Origin: Scenedesmus sp. PABB004
Lineage: Eukaryota
DNA length: 29,045 bases
Assembly: GCA_014905635.1 (NCBI GenBank)
Contig: JABVCE010000010.1
Location: 1,240,001 to 1,269,045, forward strand
Reading direction: 5' to 3'
Positions 11,777 to 29,045 of the stretch are shown one piece after another; the first letter of the stretch is position 1; each line of letters starts with the position of its first letter. Made by a program: the position numbers and the translations under genes. Below the pieces are notes generated by a model. The model had not been told where the DNA came from, searched no databases, and was given only the letters and a program-made list of their open reading frames with translations.

Positions 11777-12662
11777 GCGCCGGCGGCTGGCGCGACCGGG
11801 GCGGCGGAGGGTTGCCTGCACTGCAGTCAACCCAACGGCCAGCGCCCAACCAACCCGCGGAGTCTGCCCTCACTCAAGCCAACCAACACAAGAATAAGGT
11901 CTGCGACCAACCAGCGGCAGCAAGACCACCCCACCCGATGATGACCGGCGCAGGAGCGACAGCACAAATCAAAGGCCCGGGCGCCCAGTGGCGCCCGCGC
12001 GCCCGCAGCCCGTGCACGTGCGTGGCGCGCCGCCACGCGGGCGCTTCCGCGAGAGAGACCCCACCCTGTGTGCCTGCTGCTCTCGCCCTCCTCCTGCATG
12101 CAAGCGTGCAGCAACGAGAGCGCCCCGCTCTGAACCCCCTCCATGGTTCCCCCAAAACGTGTGTGGCGACGACGTTCAGTCAACTTTAATCACGGGCGTG
12201 CGAGTGGTGTCGCTGCAGCGGGTGTGCGTGCCAAACCAAAACCCAAATTCATTTAGTTTGTGTGTGCGACCAGCAGTGACGACTGACGCGTGCATGTGCG
12301 CACCGGCGTGGCGCCCGCGCGCCCGCCTCGCACAGACTCGGATGACCTGATCTGATGCACCCCCGCCGCGTGCCGCCAGCGCGTGCACCTCCGCGGCCGT
12401 GCGCGGCCTGCCGCTGCCCAACCCTCTGCACGCCGACGGCTGCCATCGAGGGCCGCCCTGCGCGCGCGCGCGCGTCGATTGCTCGCGCGCGCGCGCGCTG
12501 CCCGGCTCGCTGACATGGCACCGTGGCTTCCCCTCCCGCCTGCGTGTCACCTGTGCGCCGTTGCGCACGCCCATTTATTCAACCTTGATTCGACAGATCT
12601 CTCTCTTCCGACCGACCGACCGACCGACCTGGGGCCAGCAAGCAGGGGCGCGAGTTTTGCCT

Positions 12663-12686
12663 TGTGTGTGTGTGTGTGTGTGTGTG
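12663..12686 (+). repeat. (TG)n intergenic microsatellite
   Basis: Direct reading of the sequence. Confidence 0.85.
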
Positions 12687-13247
12687 GAGAGCCGAGGGCA
12701 CAGACCAGACCAGCAAGCGCCCGGCGCCGCATGGCCTGTCGTCGCATCTACTTCTGGCGTGGTGTGCGCGCGCGCGCGTGTGTGTGTGCGCGGCCGTGCA
12801 CGCGGTGGGCGCTGCCAGCTGCTGTGACTGCACAGCCCCCTTGGCTTTGATCGCCACCGACCCCTCCGCGGCAGCAGTCGATCGGCTAGCGGGCGCAGCA
12901 CGGGCAGTCACACGCCGCACACAGTCTTGCGCTGCGCAGCCTCACGGCGCGCGGGCCCCCCCAGGTGCTGCTCTCGGCGCGCAAGTTTGCAGCCGCCGTC
13001 CGCCCGCTGCTGCGCTGTTCCAGCAGCAAAGTGAGTCCAAGGGCATCATCATCAGCGACATCCTGCAGGATGCAGCAGCAGCTGCTGCTGCGCGCGCACC
13101 GCCAGACCTGCCTGCCTGCCTGCCTGTCTGCCAGCCTCCAGCCGCCTGCCTAAAATGATCTGTGGATCACACAATCACCAGGGACCGATCAATGAGGGAT
13201 CAGCCCACACTCCACACACAGCACACACTCCACACACGCCCACACGC

Positions 13248-14793
13248 TCACACGCGCGGGTGCAGCTGCCCCGCCGACGGCAAGGCCAGCACCTCCACCT
13301 CCACGCCGCTGCCGCACAGCTGGCCGCCAGCCCCAGTGACGCCCACACTGGGCGCAGCACCCTCGTCGGGGCCGTCGGCACCGGCGCCGGCGTCCGTCGC
13401 GAGCCAGCCCGCGGGCAGCACGCGGCCGAGCGCGCGGCGCCCCGCGGCGGTGACGGCGCGCTCCCAGTCGCCGTACGCGAGGCCGTACGCGGTCGCGACG
13501 GCGAGGCCGCCGCCGAGCAGGTTGCCGATCGTGGCGGGGATGAGGTTGGCGGTGAGGAAGCGGCCGACGGTGATGGGCGCGCCGAGGCGCATGCCGAGGG
13601 GAATGATGAACTGGTTGGCGATGCAGTGCTCAAAGCCCATCGTCACAAACGCGGAGATGGGGAACCACACGCCCAGCAGCTTGCCCGTGATGTCCTGCGC
13701 CGCGTTGGCCTGCCACACGGCGATGCAGACCAGCCAGTTGCACAGCACGCCCTTGGCCACCGTCGCGCTGAACGAGTGGCTGCACTTTTTGAGCGCCAGC
13801 TCGATCGTGAACGCCTCGCGGTGCTCAAACACGTGGCCCGCGACCATCAGCTGCCCCAGCAGCAGCGCGCCTGGGCGGCACGACGAGGGCGGCGCAGCGC
13901 GGGCGGCGCACGCGTCAGCGGCTGCCGCCGCTGCCGCCGCCGCCGCCGCGGCGCCGCCGCCGCACGGGCGCGGCACGCGCACCCGCGAGGTTTGTGAGGT
14001 AGCTCCACACCAGGATGTAGGCGGCCTGGGTCAGGCTGGCGCGGCGCTGCATCGCGGCGACGGTCATGTAGGCGATGTTGGAGGTGAAGAGGCTCGCGCC
14101 GTTGATGACGCACATGCTGAGGCCCACGGGGAAGCCGTACGCGCCAAAGAGCAGGTTGAACATCCCCGGCTCGGCCTTGCGGTACTCGGGGCTCAGCTGC
14201 CCCGCTGTTGGACGCGGCGGGCGGGCAGGTGGATGGGTCAGCGAGCGCGCGGCGGGCGGCGCGCGCACGCCAGCGCGGCCGCGGGGCGTGTGCGGCGCGC
14301 GCACCCGCAATCATGCAGGTGCTGAAGCCAAAGCCGATGAAGGCGCCGGCCAGGACGCCGAGCACCGTCTCGCGCAGCAGGCTGTTGCGCGGCTTGGCCG
14401 CGCCTGCGCACGGCGCACGGCGGCGGTGCGGCAGGGGCGCCAGGGGCGCCAGGGGCGTCAGCCAGGCGCGCGCGGGGGGCGCGCAGCCGCCGCCGGCCGC
14501 GCCGCGCCACGCTGGCGCGGCGGGCGCTGGCGCCGCGGGCGCTGCCGCTGCTGTCGCCGCCGGCGTCAGCCGTAGCCGGCGCCACGCGCAGCGGCTGCAC
14601 CGTGCGCGCCCCCGACCCACTCACCGCTGTCGGCGATGTGCGCATAGGTCTCCGCCGGCCCCAGGCAGCGCGTGCGGCTGTCGTGCGCCGCGGCGGGCGG
14701 CGGCGCCGCCGGCGCCGCCGCTGCGCAGGCGGCGTACTTGGCGCTGGGCCGCAGCCCGGCTTCGCAGGCGGAGTCGGCCGTGATCCGCTTCAT
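13248..14793 (-). CDS. NAR1: Formate/nitrite transporter (FNT) family, NAR1-type, 370 aa; 4 exons
   Basis: FNT motifs LAGAFIGFG, FPVGL, LFTSN, GVLCNWLVC, FEHCIAN and TIGNLLGG. Exons (minus strand) 14793-14625, 14403-14305, 14204-13983, 13870-13248, all with phase-1 introns. The paralog number cannot be assigned. Confidence 0.93.
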
Positions 14794-15345
14794 GGCGCAG
14801 CGGCGAGCCTGCGACGGCGCGCGGCGAGTCGGCGCCGCAAAAACGGCGGGAACAGCCGCCGCGCCTCGCTCCGATCCCGCGGCGCCCAGCCCTGGCGCGG
14901 GAGGCTTGCAACAGCCGCGAATCACCTCGGGGCGGGCGCACGCGCAAATCCAGGCAGTGGGCGCGGCGCGAGAGCGGCGGCAGCGTTCGGGCGGGCGCGC
15001 GTGGCGGGCGAGCTGAAAAGGGGCGTCTGCTGGGGGCGAGCGTTGGTGGGAACGATGCAGGGAGCGCTCCGGTCGCGGGTATTTGTGGCGCGCCGTCGCG
15101 CCGCGGCGGTTCAAGGTTCAAACACTGACGCCCCGGCGACGCCGTCCGCAGACAGCCGTTGAGGCACGCAGTTCTAGCAGCTCCAGCCATGTACAAGGAT
15201 TGGGCTGGTTGGGCCGCCCACAAAGCCCACAAGCAAGCTCCGTGCTGATGTGGACGCAAGCACAGTCGGGAAAAAAAAAACCGCCCCGCAGCCGCGGCAG
15301 CCGCCGCTCGAACATCGACGCTCAAACTCAACCCCGCCCGAGCGC

Positions 15346-17030
15346 TTAGCGGTTGGGGCCGGCGTTGATTTGAGCCATCATGTGGCTGCCCCGCTTGCTC
15401 AGCTTGCAGCGGGGCTTGCGCAGGCGCACGCCGGGGCGGTGCGCCTTGTCGGCAAACGCGTTGGCATACTCCGCGCAGCTGTGCTTCCCGTCACCTGCGC
15501 CACGGCGCGGCGGCGCGGCGCGGCGGGGCGGTGAGCACGGCGGCTGGCTGCGCTGGGCACGCGCGGCTGCTGCGCGCGGCGCGTGGGCGCACCGTCGGCG
15601 TCCATGTGATCCAACACGGCGCCGGCGAATGCAAAGCCCACGAACCCGCCTGGCGAGGGAGAGGCGGGAGAGCGCAGGGAGGGTCGGCCCGCGCCGCCGC
15701 CGGCGGGCGCCAGCCGCCCGCGCGCGCCAGCGCGCACCTTTGCCGTCGGTGCGGTCGCCCTCGAAGCCGTCCAGGCAGAAGGCGTTGCTCAGGCGGCGCG
15801 CCATTTCACCCATTGACGTCCCCAGCACCTCTTCCATGTCGGGGCACACGTCCGCCGGCGCCCCCGCGGCGGGGCTGGTGTCGGACGCCGCCCCGGCGAG
15901 GCGGATCGTTGAGCCGGTCCCACACTTGGGGCAGCCGACGCTGGTGTCCGTGTTGCTGCGGGCGGGCGGCGGCGGCGCGGCGCGGCGCAGCGCGGCTCGG
16001 CGGGGGCCGTGCGCGCAGAGCGCGCGGCGCCCGGGGGCGCGGCGCGCTCACGCGTTGTTGCAGTTGACGTCGCACGCGCCGGCGGCCCTGCGGGGGCGGG
16101 GGCGAGGCGGCTCGCCGTGAGCCGAACAGAGCGAGCGCGGTCATCGCGCGGCGCGCAGCAGGGCTGGCAGGCGGCGCGCGGCGGCACGCGGAGCAGCGAC
16201 GCACGTGGAGCAGCCCTTGTCGGCCGCCTCGGCCTTGGAGCACGACGGCCAGCCCTGCACGTGCGCCAGGGGAGGAAGGGGGTTGGCAGCTGGCTCACCG
16301 CCGGCAACTCGCTCGGCATCGGCAGCTCGCTGGCGCGGCTGCGTGGCGCGGCGCGGCGCGGCGCGGCGCCGCACCCCCGGGTATGTGACCTCCTTGTCGT
16401 CAAGTACTGTCACAAACTCACGGCCGCAGCTGTAACACGGCTCGCAGTTGCATCCCCAGCTGCAGAGGGGCGCGCGGGGGGGGGGGGTGCAGTTGGCAGG
16501 CGGGCCCTGGAGGGGCGAGGCCAGCCCGGCGCCGCGGGCGCTGCAAGCGCGGCGCGGCGCGGCGCACTCACATGTTGCACTGCGGGGCCGGCGGCGCGGC
16601 GCCGGGGGCGTGGTTGGAGCGGCCAGGGGCGGCGGGCGGGGGTTGGGGTCAGACTAAGCGGCGGGCGTCGGTGCGGCTGGGCAGGCGGGGCGCCGCGAGC
16701 TTGCCCTGCCGCACGCACATAACCAATGATGCCGTACATAGGGTACGTATAGTTTTTGCCATTATACACCTGCGGCGGCGGCGGTCAGGTGACCTCTGCG
16801 GCGAGGCGGCGCGCCCGGCTGCGTGGGGCGCTCCTGCCCCTCACCTGCGTGTACATCCGAGTCTCGGTGCACGTGGACAGGTGATACCACCACTCCTCAC
16901 TGAAAACGCCGTAGTAGTTGTAAGAAATGCAAGAATCACTCGGGCTGATGCAGCCGGCGACAGGACCGGCGCCGAGCAGCACCAGCGCCGCGGCCGCCAG
17001 CGCGGCGCGTTGAGCGGCAGCGCCAGCCAT
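15346..17030 (-). CDS. Secreted cysteine-rich protein (18 Cys) with a Diedel-like CNIWGCNC motif and a C-terminal EF-hand loop, 279 aa; 9 exons
   Basis: Signal peptide MAGAAAQRAALAAAALVLLGAGPVAG. Exons (minus strand) 17030-16845, 16769-16719, 16579-16572 (8 nt), 16459-16375, 16254-16205, 16087-16052, 15955-15738, 15649-15593, 15494-15346 give an 840-nt open frame. EF-hand loop DADGDGKHSCAE. Confidence 0.78.
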
Positions 17031-17759
17031 CGTGCTACGACTGCGCCTGCAGTGGCAAAGCGCGACCAGCCGGCGGCGCGGCGTGTTCAGTGTGCGCTGG
17101 CGCCGCACGACACCCGAACAGCTCGCGGCAGCCGGCCGGCCCGCCCCTGCCCCGCCGCGGCCCGCCTGCCTCAGCGAGGCCACCGGATGTGTTGGAAATG
17201 CGACAGCGCCTCACCTGGTGTTGCGTGCGCGGCCTGGGAAGTTGCGGGCGAGAGGTGCAGCGAAGGGTCGGGGCGCGCGCGGGTCGATCGGGCGTGCTGC
17301 GTGCGCGCTGGTTGCACCGTGCGCGACGTGTCTGAGCTCGGGCCGGCGGCGCGGTGGGCGGGGGCAGCTGGGGAGCGCGGGGGGAGCGCGTTCGTACGGG
17401 AGTTCCGCGTGCTGCGCTTACGCCCGCGGTCACTCCCGCGCTCGCGAAGGAAGCAGGGCGCCGATCGGCAGGGCGGGCTGGGGGCCTGTGGCGCTCGCTC
17501 GACGAGCGCGCAGTGCTGCGGGAGGGCCGCCGCCCGCACGCGCTGCGCTGCGCCGGCGGCGTGGTCGCGGGCGCGGCCGGGGGTGCTTGTTGCATCGCGC
17601 TGCCGTGCTCCGCCCAGGCCCGCCGCGCGGCCCCCGCGGACGAGCTCAACCAAGACGGCGAGCCGCGCGGCCCCCGCGTGCGCGCCGCCAGCTTGCCTCC
17701 GACCTCCTGCGAGCAGACGGCCGGCGCCCCGGGCGGCGTGCGCCCCGCCCCCGCTCCAG

Positions 17760-17790
<31 letters not shown>

Positions 17791-17819
17791 CTGCTGCTGC
17801 TGCTCCCCGCGGCGCCGCG

Positions 17820-27403
<9,584 letters not shown>

Positions 27404-27929
27404 GGCGGCCGCGGGAGGCCGGCGTCGATGGGCCCGCCGCCTGCTGCTGCGCGGGTGGGTCGGTTGAACGGCGCGCGGGCCGCCCCGGCGTCTTGAGAGA
27501 TCGTGCGATCGCCTCCGCGCGCCACCACGTTTCGCGCGCGCCGGGTAGCGAGGAGGCGGGCCGCCCGGTGGGCTCCGGTGGGCTCGCAGCGCGGGCGATC
27601 GCGGCGCGCAGCGCGGGACACTGTCGGAGCCACGGCCGATCCACACGCGCTGCGCAGGCGCCGCGAACGCCCTCCGCGCGGGCCGCAGCAGCAGCTCCGG
27701 GGCGGTTCGAGCCGCGCCAGCCCCGCCACGGCCCGGCAGGCGTCCGGACGAGCGCAGGGAACCCACTCAGAGCGCCGGCAGCAGCGGCAGCGGCGTCAGG
27801 CGGCGCTTGGCGCCTAGACAGCGGGTGCTGCTCTTGATGGCAGTCGCCTGAGGCGCCCCCTGAGGCCAGGGAGGCCAGCCGGCGGCGCCCCCGACCCCGC
27901 ACCGCCCGGCGGACGGGCGCCAGCGCGGC
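27404..27929. promoter_or_regulatory. Divergent (bidirectional) promoter and 5' UTR region between eIF5B and SPT6
   Basis: Head-to-head ATGs with 526 bp between them; E2F-like TTTCGCGC at 27530-27537. Confidence 0.55.
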
Positions 27930-29024
27930 ATGGCGGTGCGCGCCGCGCGCACGCGGGCGCACGGCCGCGCGCCGCGCCGCCGCTGCCGCCGCTGCTCCGC
28001 CGCGCCCGGCGGCCGCGGCGCGCCGCGGCGGCCCGCCCCGCGCTCGCCCGCCACGCCACACCCCCGGGCGCGGCGGCCGGCGCCGCGCGCCGCGGCCGCG
28101 CGGCGCCGCTGACCGCTGATCGCCGCCCGCCGCGCCGGCGCTGCTTGCAGCAGCAGGGCGGGGAAGATGAGTTTGCCGGGCTGCCGGAGGAGGAGGACGA
28201 GTTTGCGGGGCTGCCGGAGGACGAGGAGGAGTTTGATGACGCCGACGGCAGCGGCAGCGGCAGCGGCAGCGGCAGCGGCAGCGACGGCGGCGACGAGCCC
28301 GCCGGCAGCGGCGACGGCGAGGCCGGCGCCGCCGGCGGCGGCGCGAGCGGCGGCGCCGGCGGCGGCGACGCGAGCGGCGGCGCCGGCGGCGGCGGCGACG
28401 ACGAGGACGGCGCGCCGCCGCGCAAGGCGCGGGCCAAGCCGCGCCGCGCGCGCCGCGCGCGCCCGGCAGCGGCAGCGGCGACGGCGAGGACGGCGGCGGC
28501 GGCGCGCCCGCGGGCGCCGACGCGAGCGCGAGCGCCAGCGCCGACAGCAGCGAGGAGGAGGAGGAGGAGGGCGGCAACGAGTACGAGGCCGACGGCTGGG
28601 TCGTGGACGAGGCCGACGACGAGCCGGCAGCGCGGCGGCGAGCCCGGCAGCGGCGACGGCGAGGCCGGCGGCGCGCGGCGCGGCGCCAAGAAGAAGAAGC
28701 GGCGCCGCAACTTTGCGCTGGACGAGGAGGACTACGAGCTGCTGGAGGACAACCAAGTCAGGGTGAGGGGCGGGGCGGGCGGCGCTGGGCGCCGAGGCTG
28801 CGGGCTTGCCTTGCGGGCCGCCGGCGGCGGCGGCGGCGGCGGCGCGGCTGCCGCGCGCGGAGCGCGGCCGCGCGCGGCCGCTCACGCGCCCCCGCGTGCC
28901 CGCAGGTGAAGCGCCCGGCGGAGCGCAAGCGCCTCAAGCGCAAGGGCGAGGAGGGGCGCGACGGCGGGCGCAGAGAAGGCGGCGGGCGCGAAGCAGCTGC
29001 AGGAGGCACTCTTCGGCACTGGCG
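27930..29024 (+). CDS. SPT6: Transcription elongation factor / histone chaperone SPT6, N-terminal acidic region (partial; continues beyond the window; several apparent frameshifts)
   Basis: Motifs NEYEADGWVVDE, KKKKRRRNFALDEEDYELLEDN, RKRLKRK and LQEALFG match the SPT6 acidic N-terminus. Exons: 27930-27935 (ATG GCG), 28151-28762, 28906-29024. Confidence 0.8.
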
Positions 29025-29045
29025 GTGCGGCGCGCGGGCGCGCGG

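Noticed and set aside
11777..13247. Hidden gene in the convergent intergenic region
   Set aside because: No consistent exon chain or codon bias; the composition fits UTRs with simple repeats.
16299..16329. Possible extra 31-nt exon (CAG...GTGAGC) in the Cys-rich gene
   Set aside because: Including it shifts the next exon out of the Cys-containing frame, whereas direct splicing of 16374-16255 keeps the frame. It could at most be a poison exon.

Overview
Very GC-rich, intron-dense eukaryotic nuclear DNA, inferred to be from a chlorophyte green alga (Sphaeropleales-like). The long ORFs in the supplied track are mostly GC artefacts, so genes were rebuilt by hand from splice sites. Seven spliced genes are supported: a secreted S8 subtilisin (+132-4446); an atypical long adenylate kinase-like protein (+5265-9550); a secreted protein of unknown family with a C-terminal G-R-R amidation-type site (+10409-11776); a NAR1 formate/nitrite transporter (-13248-14793); a secreted 18-Cys protein with a Diedel-like CNIWGCNC motif, an 8-nt microexon and an EF-hand (-15346-17030); eIF5B (-17820-27403, 26 exons); and the 5' end of SPT6 (+27930 onward). 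The most striking pattern is intron architecture: telomere-type TTTAGGG and (GT)n lie beside donors, while their complements CCCTAAA and (CA)n lie beside acceptors. About 15% of donors are GC, and one eIF5B intron carries a triplicated exon end plus donor. Apparent frameshifts in eIF5B and SPT6 are most likely assembly errors.
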